A DNA stretch of 64,000 nucleotides from Chlorobiota bacterium (lineage in GTDB: Bacteria; Bacteroidota; Bacteroidia; Bacteroidales; JAADJA01): positions 5,310 to 69,309 of the forward strand of contig JAADJA010000037.1 in NCBI GenBank assembly GCA_013151015.1, written 5' to 3'. Below, one piece after another: positions 1-8,431 of this stretch. The notes below the pieces were generated by a model. The model saw nothing but the letters and a program-made list of their open reading frames with translations. It searched no databases and was not told the DNA's origin. The translations under genes were made by a program, and so were the position numbers. Positions within the stretch are counted from its first letter, which is position 1. Each line of letters starts with the position of its first letter.

Positions 1-315
1 TTCGATGGCACATTTAGCGACGCCATCCTGGTAAATCACAAATGCACAATCTTTGTCCTTTATCAATGGGGTGACATATTCACCGGCCATATCAAAATCA
101 AAAATCCCGTTTTTTTCGATGACCTCAATTCCCTCTTTTCGCATAAAGGGTTTTATTTCATCGATCATATCTTCCAACAGGGAAATTTCTTCTTCTTCGA
201 GAGGTGCCCCTGCATCACCTTCCACGCAACACGCCCCGGCACATTTTTCCAAATCGCAGCAAAACCGTTTATCACGGATTTCCTCCGAAACCATGATGTC
301 GTCAATAATTATCAT
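1..315 (-). CDS. DUF3109 family protein (N-terminal part; gene runs off the window start)
   Basis: Own minus-strand translation from the ATG at 315..313 gives MIIIDDIMVSEEIRDKRFCCDLEKCAGACCVEGDAGAPLEEEE..., the Cys-rich signature of Bacteroidota DUF3109. It is absent from the ORF track because no stop lies inside the window. Confidence 0.7.
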   Translation of the reverse strand, partial: MIIIDDIMVSEEIRDKRFCCDLEKCAGACCVEGDAGAPLEEEEISLLEDMIDEIKPFMRKEGIEVIEKNGIFDFDMAGEYVTPLIKDKDCAFVIYQDGVAKCAIE

Positions 316-421
316 GGCGGCAAAAGTAGAATATTTCGGGGGATTTTGTCTATAACTTGCTAATTTGTTCCGTTGCTTTTGTTTTGCCGACTGCCTATTG
401 CCTACATGCAAACGTGGTAAC

Positions 422-498
422 CCACATGGAACAAGCGTCCAGGCTTGTGTCTGGGACAGAAAACCGCAAGCGTGGACGCTTGCTACATCTCGGGAATG
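422..498. repeat. Copy 1 of a ~77-bp intergenic direct repeat built from short GC-rich hairpins
   Basis: ccacatggaacaagcgtccaggcttgtgtctgggacagaaaaccgcaagcgtggacgcttgctacatctcgggaatg recurs at 691..766 with one indel and one mismatch. A shared tail cacattcatcSgatga...gagtaag follows in both copies (to 547 and 815). Confidence 0.9.
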
Positions 499-555
499 CA
501 ACAAGCGTCCACGCTTGTGAAGATAGCACATTCATCGGATGAGTAAGTTACCGTT

Positions 556-579
556 CATGTTGGTGACAACACCAACATG
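556..579. repeat. Hairpin repeat of the gttggtg-N4-caccaac family
   Basis: catgttggtgACAAcaccaacatg is a perfect 10-bp stem. The same core recurs at 22038..22061 and 22101..22124, each followed by a g/a-agcagg-like tail. Confidence 0.85.
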
Positions 580-690
580 GGGCAGGGCATAATTCATCAT
601 GTGGAGTGCACAATTAGCGTGGACGCTAATTGCATATAAATCTAAGCAGGAATCATCACTGCCGCCCTATCACCTACGGGAATCCTCAAA

Positions 691-766
691 CCACATGGAA
701 CAAGCGTCCAGGCTTGTGTCTGGGCAGAAAACCGCAAGCGTGAACGCTTGCTACATCTCGGGAATG
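691..766. repeat. Copy 2 of the ~77-bp intergenic direct repeat
   Basis: Near-identical to 422..498. Followed by the hairpin catccgatgacttcaagtcatcggatg at 783..809. Confidence 0.9.
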
Positions 767-873
767 TGAACGTAAACACATTCATCCGATGACTTCAAGT
801 CATCGGATGAGTAAGCACGAAGACTTATTGACCACAAAATGTGGACACTTGCTCCATTGCTTTCACCGGGATT

Positions 874-2685
874 CTATTTAACCGATACATTGCCCACATG
901 TCCCGGTTCATCCGTGTATCCGTACAAACGGTCGAGTTTGATTTTGTATTTCTCCTTCAGGAATTTCCTTTTCACTTTCAGGGTAGGTGAAAGTTCTCCG
1001 GTTTCGGGTGTCCATTCCTCGCAAATGAGCTCGAATTTTTTGATTTGACGGTGACGACCCAGGTTTTGGTTTATTTTGTCCACTTCCTTTTGGTATCGGT
1101 CAATTATTTTTGGTTTTTGGATCAAATCCTTGTTGTCGGCAAAAGTAACATGATGGATAGCGCACCAGCTATGCAGGAAATGGAAGGAAGGGCAAATGAT
1201 GGCCGCTGCATATTTTTCCCCTTCGCCTACCACCATGATTTGTTCGATAAACTGCGATTCCTTGAATGTATTCTCCACAACTTGCGGCGCTACGTATTTT
1301 CCCGTTGACAGTTTGAAAATCTCCTTTTTCCTATCGGTTATTTTCAGGATATTGTGTTCGTGCAATTCCCCTATATCCCCTGTGTGGAACCATCCATCAT
1401 CATCGATCACCGCCTTGGTTTTTTCGGGGTCTTTGTAATAACCGATCATCAAACTGGGGCCTTTCATCAGGATTTCCCCGTCTTCTGCAATCTTAACTTT
1501 AACGTTTTCGAGTACAGGGCCTACAGTCCCGAATTTCATCAAGGGGTATTCCCTGTAATTGACTGCAATTACCGGAGATGTTTCGGTAAGCCCATAACCT
1601 TCAAGAATTGGAATTCCGGCAGCATTGAACACACGGGCCAACCTTGCCTGTAAGGCAGCGCCACCGGAAACAATGACCTCGATATTCCCGCCAAGGGCTT
1701 CCCGCCATTTTGAAAAAATAAGTTTATCGGCCAGTTTTTTCTGCATTTCATAAAACGCCCCGTTTGCTTTATTGAGTTCATATTTCAGCCCAAGGTTCAC
1801 GGCCCAGAAAAACAAATTCTTCTTTATCCCGGGGAGCTCTTTTCCTTTAAGGATAAGTTTATCGTAGAGTTTTTCAAGAACGCGCGGAACAGTTGCAAAG
1901 CCATTTGGGTTTACCTCCCTGAGGTTATCGCCAATGGTATCCACACTTTCGGCGTAATAAACGGCACAGCCCCTGTATTGCACCAGGTAATTCACCATCC
2001 GCTCAAAAACATGGCAGAGGGGCAGGAAACTCAGGAAAATCCCATCGGGTTTTACGGGCAGGACGGGCAAAGATGCTTCAACATTTGAAATGAAATTTTT
2101 ATGGCTAAGCATAACGCCTTTTGAGAGACCTGTGGTTCCTGAAGTATAGATAATGGAAGAAAGGTCATCGGGCTTTATGGAAGTTTTAATTTCCTGGAGT
2201 TCCCGTTCCAGTTTGCCAGAATTGGCCCTTCCCAACGAAACGATCTCCATCCAGTTCGGGACACCATCAACCTGATCAATGGAATATATCTTTTCCAGTT
2301 TGGGTGCTTTGGACGCAACGACCTTTAGTTTGTCGTAAAACTCTTTGGAGGAAACCACAGCGATTTTAGCATCGGAATGGCTCAGGATATGTTCATATTC
2401 GGCAGGCCCCAGATTGGAATAAACCGGCACATGTACCACGCCCACCTGCGACATCCCGGCATCCATGAAATTCCATTCGGGCCGGTTGTTCGAAAGGGTG
2501 AGTATTTTGTCCCCTTTCCGAAAACCAAGTTCCATCAACCCATAACTGAAATTATTCGCAAATTCCCGGTATTGGGCGGTTGAGAACTTTTCCCATTTTC
2601 CGTTTCTTTTTACGCCCAGTGCATCGTCGCGCTGGTTCTTTTCCATCAATTGGTCAACAATGTCAAACGTTCTGAGTACCTTCAT
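874..2685 (-). CDS. fadD: Long-chain fatty acid--CoA ligase (AMP-binding family)
   Basis: 603-aa ORF with the AMP-binding signature IIYTSGTTGLSKGVMLSH and the later GWFHTGDIG...DRKKEIFKLSTGKYVAP motifs. Confidence 0.85.
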   Translation of the reverse strand: MKVLRTFDIVDQLMEKNQRDDALGVKRNGKWEKFSTAQYREFANNFSYGLMELGFRKGDKILTLSNNRPEWNFMDAGMSQVGVVHVPVYSNLGPAEYEHILSHSDAKIAVVSSKEFYDKLKVVASKAPKLEKIYSIDQVDGVPNWMEIVSLGRANSGKLERELQEIKTSIKPDDLSSIIYTSGTTGLSKGVMLSHKNFISNVEASLPVLPVKPDGIFLSFLPLCHVFERMVNYLVQYRGCAVYYAESVDTIGDNLREVNPNGFATVPRVLEKLYDKLILKGKELPGIKKNLFFWAVNLGLKYELNKANGAFYEMQKKLADKLIFSKWREALGGNIEVIVSGGAALQARLARVFNAAGIPILEGYGLTETSPVIAVNYREYPLMKFGTVGPVLENVKVKIAEDGEILMKGPSLMIGYYKDPEKTKAVIDDDGWFHTGDIGELHEHNILKITDRKKEIFKLSTGKYVAPQVVENTFKESQFIEQIMVVGEGEKYAAAIICPSFHFLHSWCAIHHVTFADNKDLIQKPKIIDRYQKEVDKINQNLGRHRQIKKFELICEEWTPETGELSPTLKVKRKFLKEKYKIKLDRLYGYTDEPGHVGNVSVK

Positions 2686-2837
2686 CGCTTTGTTTTTTTA
2701 GTATAAATCTAATGCAATTTGCATGTTTTCATTTTTAAATCATTCTGTCAATATAATAGTCGGGATTCCTGTGTTGATGAGCTATACATGTAATATGGAT
2801 TGTATTGTTTTCATTTGTCCAACCGTTTCAGAACATC

Positions 2838-3024
2838 CTAAAATGAAACAGCATTTATTTTACCGGATTTGAATGCATCACATCTTTTTTCTGATTCCCC
2901 GATCCATTTATCCTGAACAGCAATATCTGGTTTGTCAAGTCTTTCAAGTATCATTTTAGCCAAATGAACTTTCCCCGAAGCCTTCCATCCTAATATTTCT
3001 TGTTGGATACTTTGTATCTGTCAT
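2838..3024 (-). pseudogene. Putative addiction-module antitoxin component, apparently frameshifted near its 5' end
   Basis: The ATG at 3024 opens a frame that stops after 22 codons. The adjacent frame reads QIQSIQQEILGWKASGKVHLAKMILERLDKPDIAVQDKWIGESEKRCDAFKSGKINAVSF* (stop at 2838..2840). This resembles the short 'putative addiction module component' family, whose C-terminus reads like ...W..E.E+R...+.SGK. Confidence 0.35.
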
Positions 3025-3078
3025 TTTGCTAAACCTTAATATGGTTAACTTTTCATCTGCAAATATAATGAATCTAAT

Positions 3079-3558
3079 CTATTTTGCCTTAAATGTCCAT
3101 GTGAATTGAAACTCAGCCACTTTCTCTCCATCTGTATCAAATCCCGAAGTTTGAACTTCCACGATTTCACCTTCTTTGGAAAGCAAACATTTCTCAATTG
3201 CTTTGGCAATCTTTTCACCGTCGTTGCACGAAAATGTGATTTTCGTTTTTGCCTTTTTCAGAAAATCGGCCTTCATGTTCAAGACCAACATCGAAACTGG
3301 GACTTCACTTTCAAATACAAGGGAAAGAGCGAGAATCCCTGACGACAATTCTGCGGCCATGCTCAATACAGCAAAGTAAACGGATTTGAAAGGGTTTTTG
3401 TTCAGGTATTTAAAGGGGACGGAAACCACCGCCTTGTTTTTGTCCAGTTCCAAAACCCTTAATCCCGTAAAAAACCCCAACGGAAGATGTTTCAGCATGT
3501 ACAGCTTCATTTTGAAGGGGCTTAGGGCCATGCCCTGTATTTTATTTGCGTTTGGCAT
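3079..3558 (-). CDS. DUF4442 / hotdog-fold thioesterase-like protein
   Basis: 159-aa ORF. The overall pattern (LKHLPLGFFTGLRVLELD...AVVSVPFKYLNKNPFKSVYFAVLSMAAELSSG) matches my memory of DUF4442 PaaI-like proteins. Confidence 0.55.
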   Translation of the reverse strand: MPNANKIQGMALSPFKMKLYMLKHLPLGFFTGLRVLELDKNKAVVSVPFKYLNKNPFKSVYFAVLSMAAELSSGILALSLVFESEVPVSMLVLNMKADFLKKAKTKITFSCNDGEKIAKAIEKCLLSKEGEIVEVQTSGFDTDGEKVAEFQFTWTFKAK

Positions 3559-3774
3559 TTTGATATTTTACCCGGGAGTTTAATTTTTTTTGCAAATTTA
3601 TGATATTTTGTTAATAAATCAGGGCTTGACTAAAAGCCAAGCCCTGATTGCCTGTCAGATGTAGGTATGGATATGTGAAGCGTTTAGGCATTCCACCAGT
3701 TATTAAGTGTTGAAGCCAAAAACCAAAAGCGCCTTGATCTAAACCGTGATGGGCAGGGACACGAATGGGGTATA

Positions 3775-3975
3775 TTAGCCGCTTTGCCTGTGTTTATATA
3801 CGGTAAAGCCAATTAGTGACGCCAATATGATAAACAGTATTGCAAAGGTGACAACATCATTGCCTTTGCCCGCAATGGAGCTGCCATTGTATGGGTGGGG
3901 CGCCCCTTGTGCCGATAACAGCCTTGGGGCCAATATCGGCAACAATTTCATTGCTATGGACTTTATTGTTTTCAT
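3775..3975 (-). CDS. Small secreted/membrane-anchored protein, paralogue of 4087..4320
   Basis: 66 aa: signal peptide ending LLSAQ, then GAPHPYNGS, a short linker, one C-terminal TM helix (FAILFIILASLIGFTVY) and a basic tail KHRQSG. A hairpin at 3619..3651 lies downstream. Confidence 0.5.
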   Translation of the reverse strand: MKTIKSIAMKLLPILAPRLLSAQGAPHPYNGSSIAGKGNDVVTFAILFIILASLIGFTVYKHRQSG

Positions 3976-4086
3976 TTGTGCTTATTTTTATTGAACCATG
4001 GGTGTTTCATGTCCATGGAAAAGGCCCGGCTTTATGATTGCCGGGCCTTCAAGATTATCGAACCAATCATTGGACAACCTCAAATA

Positions 4087-4320
4087 CTAATCCAACATTT
4101 TCTTGAAGTCTTTTGCGCCAAATGTTTTTTTAAGGCCATATGCAGCCCCTAAGATAGTCATTATGATAAGGCCTCCACCAATGGGCGCCCCACCACCAAC
4201 CGGGGTGTTCCCACCATTCGGTATGCCACCGCCATTAGGGTGTGGAGGGCTTTGTGCAAATAAAATTACCGGTGCCGAAATCAATATCGCTATCGTTAAT
4301 ATTTTCAATAAATTTTTCAT
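4087..4320 (-). CDS. Small Gly/Pro-rich secreted/membrane-anchored protein
   Basis: 77 aa: signal peptide ending ILFAQ, then SPPHPNGGGIPNGGNTPVGGGAPIGGG, a TM helix LIIMTILGAAYGL and a basic tail KKTFGAKDFKK. A hairpin aaggcccgg...ccgggcctt at 4022..4050 lies downstream. Confidence 0.55.
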   Translation of the reverse strand: MKNLLKILTIAILISAPVILFAQSPPHPNGGGIPNGGNTPVGGGAPIGGGLIIMTILGAAYGLKKTFGAKDFKKMLD

Positions 4321-4347
4321 GTTTTCATGTTTTTAATTAAAACCTAA

Positions 4348-7182
4348 TTATCTTATCATCACTTTCTTTGTCTGGATCCCTTTATCACTTATCACTTGTA
4401 CGATATGCGTACCCGTGGCATTAACGGTAAATTTGTTAATCCCGCTTTGCAGGTTTTGCTCTACAACAAGCTGGCCCATCGTGTTGAAAACCCTGATGCT
4501 GCCGGAAGAACCTTCAGTTGCGGTAACAGATACCTGGTTTCCGTATGCATAAATCGTATGGTTTTCCACTGATAAATCATCGACCGATAAAGGTGAAAAA
4601 TGGATGATGAAACGTTCGGTGTTGTCTCCAGCGATATAATCAAACGTATAGGAACCTTCCAACAGGTCGGTCTGTGTTCCCGTAAATGTATCTTCGAGCA
4701 CGACATCCGCAAATTCACCTTTTTCACTTGCAGAAATTGTAAACTCACCTGAATTCACCGCTGAAAAACCAACAACTGTTGATTGAACTTCGGGCATACC
4801 GTTTACCGAAAGGAAATCACCATTGGGCGTTACCGAGAATATCTGTGGCAGTTCGGGATTTGAGGTGGAGACCCTTTTATAGGCATCGAAAAAGCCATCA
4901 TGCTCAACTCCTGCTTCCACATTAAAGTGGATCCATGTTTCATCGGAATATGAATCGTTCGAGGCTTTCAAGACCAATAGGTTTGGATTAGTGTTTTTGT
5001 AGAAGGTGCCGGAGCCGTTATGTGAGCGGACTGTATTGTCAATTGTGAAAGGAGCCCAGTTAACGGTTGCCTTAACAAAGAAGCCTTGCATAGGTGGTAT
5101 GTACTGCGAACCGGTTCCGCCAACACCTTGTACATAAGATAAATCGTTTCCGGTGGATGCTTCGATGTAATGCACTTCGTTGGTCATGCCCGAAGGGATC
5201 GTAACGCTCTCCCAGTCAATGGAAGCGGAATAAGGGTTGCCCAACAGGTTCCACCCAAGGCCAAAGAAGTTAAGGTCCCTGCTTTGTGGCCCATCGATCA
5301 AATCGCCACTAAACGTTACCGTGTTTGTATTGCCAAGTGTTGAATATACACCATACCCCGGCATCGGGCCTTGGTTCAGCACCCATGTTTCATCAGTAAT
5401 TTCAATAAATGAATTATCAGTTTCATAAAAGCCCTGCACATACATATCCAAAAATACACTAAAAGTCACAGGTGTTGATATTGGACAGGAAATCAAGTGC
5501 CAGTCCAGGTCATTTCCCGAAAAGTAACGTTGCACATCTACCGTACCGTTGCTTGTTATTGTCCCATTGTTAATCAATGTCCCTGTTCCGGTAGCATCGC
5601 TTTGGATGGTGAGGGTGGCGCCAGCATCTATCGCTAAATCATTGCAATCGGCGGCACCGGCTATAACAGGTGATGCAGGTGTGCCGGCAGGGATGGTTGC
5701 ATTTGTGTTTGCATCGGGTACAGCAGTTGTATTCCAGTTAGCGGCCGTTCCCCATAAATTTCCAGAAGTGCCAAGCCATATTGCTTCAATGGGAGGTGGC
5801 ACATAACCATCCACCCAGTTACCTGTTGGACCATTGAGCGGAAAACCCAATAATGTTCCGTCATAACCATTACCGGAAACATCATATAATGTGGTATATC
5901 CGGTATTATTGCCTCCTGGCGTTACACCGGGTGTATCAAAATCATAATTCGCAACTATCCCGGTCTCAGATCCAGACGGACTTGCTGACATATAATTTAC
6001 TATATCTGCCTGAGAAAGGGCAATGTCCCATACCGATAAATCATCTGAAATCCCATTGCCATTGCCTTGCCAGCTATTATTGAACAGGCCTGCCCCCAAT
6101 GAGGTCATGGTTGGTGATATAGTATAGCTTTGAGATCCTGATGCTGCTACCACTCCATCTATGTAAATAGTTACTGTCCCGGCATCCTTGACCACGGCAA
6201 AATGATACCATGCATTTGATGGGTAAGTATTGCTTGTCTGTACATTGCCTTCACCCTGGTTTGGTGAATAACTCCGGAATTGATTGTTGTAAAATTCAAG
6301 AGTCACATACTTATTTACCTGAGGGCTTCCCCAACTGAAAATACGAGAGCTGGCAGCTTTTTTATAGTGCCATCCCATTACCGTGGAAGTTGCATTATAG
6401 GGTATCATTGTCCCTGTTTCGACCCCCTGTCCATTGGTTCCGTCAAAATCAAGGGCGGTATTTTGGGAAGCAGGTGTTCCCGGGCTAAAAGATGAATCAT
6501 AATCATCGATATAGGAAATTCGGGAATACCTTGCACCAAAGCATGGATATATTGAAGAAGCGCCCATTAACGCAACGTTGCTCACTGCAGATAAACTTTC
6601 TGATGTTGCCAGTGTGCCAAGAGTACCGTTGGCATCTGAATTCCATACTTCGACGGAAAGGTCAAACGAAGAGCCATTGTTTACCATTGTAAAGATAAAC
6701 TTAAACCAGTTTCCCAACGGTAGGTCTCCACCACCAAGTCCAGTCCATGAAATAGATGATTCAATTGCCCCGTCGTTCTGCCAATACATCCCACCTCCAT
6801 GGAAAGCCACACTTATACCTGTTAGGGGGCCACCATTACTGGCAACTTGGTTTACATCAAAAGGTGCAAATCCAAGGTTGCCAAATCCAGAGTTTGAATT
6901 ATTGAAAAAATAACCGCTAACTGTAAATGAGTCACCACTTCCTGATGTTGCATAACCGGTTTTTTCGGTAAACAAGTCACTGGCACTTCCCGGTATATTC
7001 ACGCTGCCGGTATTGGCCAAGCCGCCACTGCTTATATTGCTCGCAGTTGCTGTCGTGTTAGCATTGAAATAGGTCGTCAAATCACTTGTGTTGTTGAAAT
7101 CTATCTGGGCCGTTAGGCATTGGCCCGATAAGAACAAGGCAGCAACCATCAAGATTAAATAAAGTGTTACATTTTTTTTCAT
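4348..7182 (-). CDS. Large secreted LamG (concanavalin-A-like lectin) domain protein with T9SS C-terminal sorting domain
   Basis: I set the start at MKKNVTLYLILMVAALFLSGQCLTAQ (ATG 7182), because a TAnnTTTG box lies inside the longer ORF. A central LamG-like block runs ALDFDGTNGQGVE...WYHFAVVKDAGTVTIYIDGV...DDLSVWDIALSQADI. The last ~75 aa (SIRVFNTMGQLVVEQNLQSGINKFTVNATGTHIVQVISDKGIQTKKVMIR) look like a type A Por/T9SS CTD. Confidence 0.8.
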   Translation of the reverse strand: MKKNVTLYLILMVAALFLSGQCLTAQIDFNNTSDLTTYFNANTTATASNISSGGLANTGSVNIPGSASDLFTEKTGYATSGSGDSFTVSGYFFNNSNSGFGNLGFAPFDVNQVASNGGPLTGISVAFHGGGMYWQNDGAIESSISWTGLGGGDLPLGNWFKFIFTMVNNGSSFDLSVEVWNSDANGTLGTLATSESLSAVSNVALMGASSIYPCFGARYSRISYIDDYDSSFSPGTPASQNTALDFDGTNGQGVETGTMIPYNATSTVMGWHYKKAASSRIFSWGSPQVNKYVTLEFYNNQFRSYSPNQGEGNVQTSNTYPSNAWYHFAVVKDAGTVTIYIDGVVAASGSQSYTISPTMTSLGAGLFNNSWQGNGNGISDDLSVWDIALSQADIVNYMSASPSGSETGIVANYDFDTPGVTPGGNNTGYTTLYDVSGNGYDGTLLGFPLNGPTGNWVDGYVPPPIEAIWLGTSGNLWGTAANWNTTAVPDANTNATIPAGTPASPVIAGAADCNDLAIDAGATLTIQSDATGTGTLINNGTITSNGTVDVQRYFSGNDLDWHLISCPISTPVTFSVFLDMYVQGFYETDNSFIEITDETWVLNQGPMPGYGVYSTLGNTNTVTFSGDLIDGPQSRDLNFFGLGWNLLGNPYSASIDWESVTIPSGMTNEVHYIEASTGNDLSYVQGVGGTGSQYIPPMQGFFVKATVNWAPFTIDNTVRSHNGSGTFYKNTNPNLLVLKASNDSYSDETWIHFNVEAGVEHDGFFDAYKRVSTSNPELPQIFSVTPNGDFLSVNGMPEVQSTVVGFSAVNSGEFTISASEKGEFADVVLEDTFTGTQTDLLEGSYTFDYIAGDNTERFIIHFSPLSVDDLSVENHTIYAYGNQVSVTATEGSSGSIRVFNTMGQLVVEQNLQSGINKFTVNATGTHIVQVISDKGIQTKKVMIR

Positions 7183-7222
7183 AATAATAAGTATTTGTTT
7201 ATAATTTTTTAAATATTGGGTG

Positions 7223-7230
7223 CAAATGTA
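7223..7230 (-). promoter_or_regulatory. Bacteroidota-type -7 box (TACATTTG) for the LamG/T9SS gene
   Basis: The minus strand reads TACATTTG, matching TAnnTTTG, about 40 nt upstream of the ATG at 7182. Confidence 0.45.
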
Positions 7231-7262
7231 TATTTCCACCATTCGTTAAAAAAGGGAAGTAC

Positions 7263-7315
7263 GTTAGCAATGTGTTAACAGTTCCGGTTTGGATGTTAGC
7301 AATATGTTAACAGTT
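7263..7315. promoter_or_regulatory. Two 21-bp direct repeats (candidate response-regulator binding sites)
   Basis: gttagcaatGtgttaacagtt (7263..7283) and gttagcaatAtgttaacagtt (7295..7315) have a 32-bp period. Each contains the palindrome tgttaaca. They lie 35-90 bp upstream of the -7 box, between the RR gene and the LamG gene. Confidence 0.6.
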
Positions 7316-7569
7316 TGGGAAGGCTGGGGCTTTAATGTTGTTAATATCAGAGATTTGAAGAGGTCTTGGGTTTGATAAAATAAAAAAGGCCATGTTTTTT
7401 CGGATTATCCACGGCACAATAGCCGGTGTTAAAATCCGAAAAAGCCTGGTATTAATATCAGGTATTTATAAAGCCCTGGGGTTTTTAAAATAAGCAGGAG
7501 TGGTTTTTGAAGGTTTTCTGCCGTGTTCCATGTGTCGGTTTCGCTTTGAGCGAAGCTGACACTTTCCTT

Positions 7570-8403
7570 TTACAAAGTTGACAGGTATGCCTGTAGGTTT
7601 TGTTCAGGTGCAATATCAAGTTTTTTCCTCAATCTTGACCTGGAAACCCGAATGCTTTCTGGTGTTACGTACAGTACCCCCGCCAATTGTTTTAAGTTTA
7701 GCCCCATACGTGCAAGGATGGATAGCTTTATTTCTGAAGGGGTCAACGAGTTGTGTTTTTCGAGTAAAGTTTTTTCAAAACCCGGGTGCAAGGTGTTGAA
7801 GGATTTGCTGAAGGATTTCCAGCTATCATCTTTAACAGTACCGTTGACTTTTGTTATCATATTGGCAATATTGCTTTTCATGCCTTCTATTTCAATTGTT
7901 CCGCTTTCGGTTCTCTCAAGGAGGCTTGTCAGTTTTTGCAGGAAATGATTGATATGGTTCGTGAGGATAGCGCTCTCGACTATTTTCCGCTCTTTTTCTT
8001 TGATTATCTCTTTTTTGCTTTCGGCCAATTCAATGGCGGAGTTTATCCTTGCGACAAGCTCGGTGGCATTTATGGGTTTCCTGATGTAATCCACCGCACC
8101 GGCTTCAAGTGCTTCTTTCAGGTCTTCGGGCGAAAGCATTACACCTGTTATCATTATAACAGGGATATTAGCCGTAACGATATTGGAAAAGATTTCGTGT
8201 GAAAGCTCCAGTCCGTTCATTTCTGGCATTTCCCAATCGGTTATTACAATATCCGGCTTAATATCGAACAACACCTTAAGGGCCTTTCTGCCATTGTTGG
8301 CCTGATAGATCGTGTAATCGGGGAAATGCTGTTTGATAATGGAAATAAGAACCTTAAGGCCGCCAATGGAATCGTCAACAATAAGAATTTTATGGCTTTT
8401 CAT
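7570..8403 (-). CDS. Response regulator, receiver domain plus C-terminal LuxR/GerE-type HTH
   Basis: N-terminus ILIVDDS...DIVITDWEMPEMNGLEL...IPVIMITG is a REC domain. C-terminus LTPSEIKLSILARMGLNLKQLAGVLYVTPESIRVSRSRLRKKL is a GerE-type HTH. Confidence 0.85.
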   Translation of the reverse strand: MKSHKILIVDDSIGGLKVLISIIKQHFPDYTIYQANNGRKALKVLFDIKPDIVITDWEMPEMNGLELSHEIFSNIVTANIPVIMITGVMLSPEDLKEALEAGAVDYIRKPINATELVARINSAIELAESKKEIIKEKERKIVESAILTNHINHFLQKLTSLLERTESGTIEIEGMKSNIANMITKVNGTVKDDSWKSFSKSFNTLHPGFEKTLLEKHNSLTPSEIKLSILARMGLNLKQLAGVLYVTPESIRVSRSRLRKKLDIAPEQNLQAYLSTL

Positions 8404-8431
8404 GTTTTGTCGTTTTTAACCTGAGGCGAAG

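Noticed and set aside
357-860. The possibility that the hairpin-rich repeat region is a CRISPR array.
   Set aside because: The repeats are heterogeneous in sequence and spacing, there are no unique spacers of constant length, and there are no cas genes in the window.
3679-3688. A recurrent agcgtttagg word (3679..3688, 24022..24032, 63713..63722, variant at ~35063) and ataac/cataac low-complexity tracts near gene 3' ends (24060..24090, 35105..35145).
   Set aside because: The word is short and occurs in inconsistent orientation relative to the adjacent genes. I cannot exclude chance or compositional bias without a genome-wide count.
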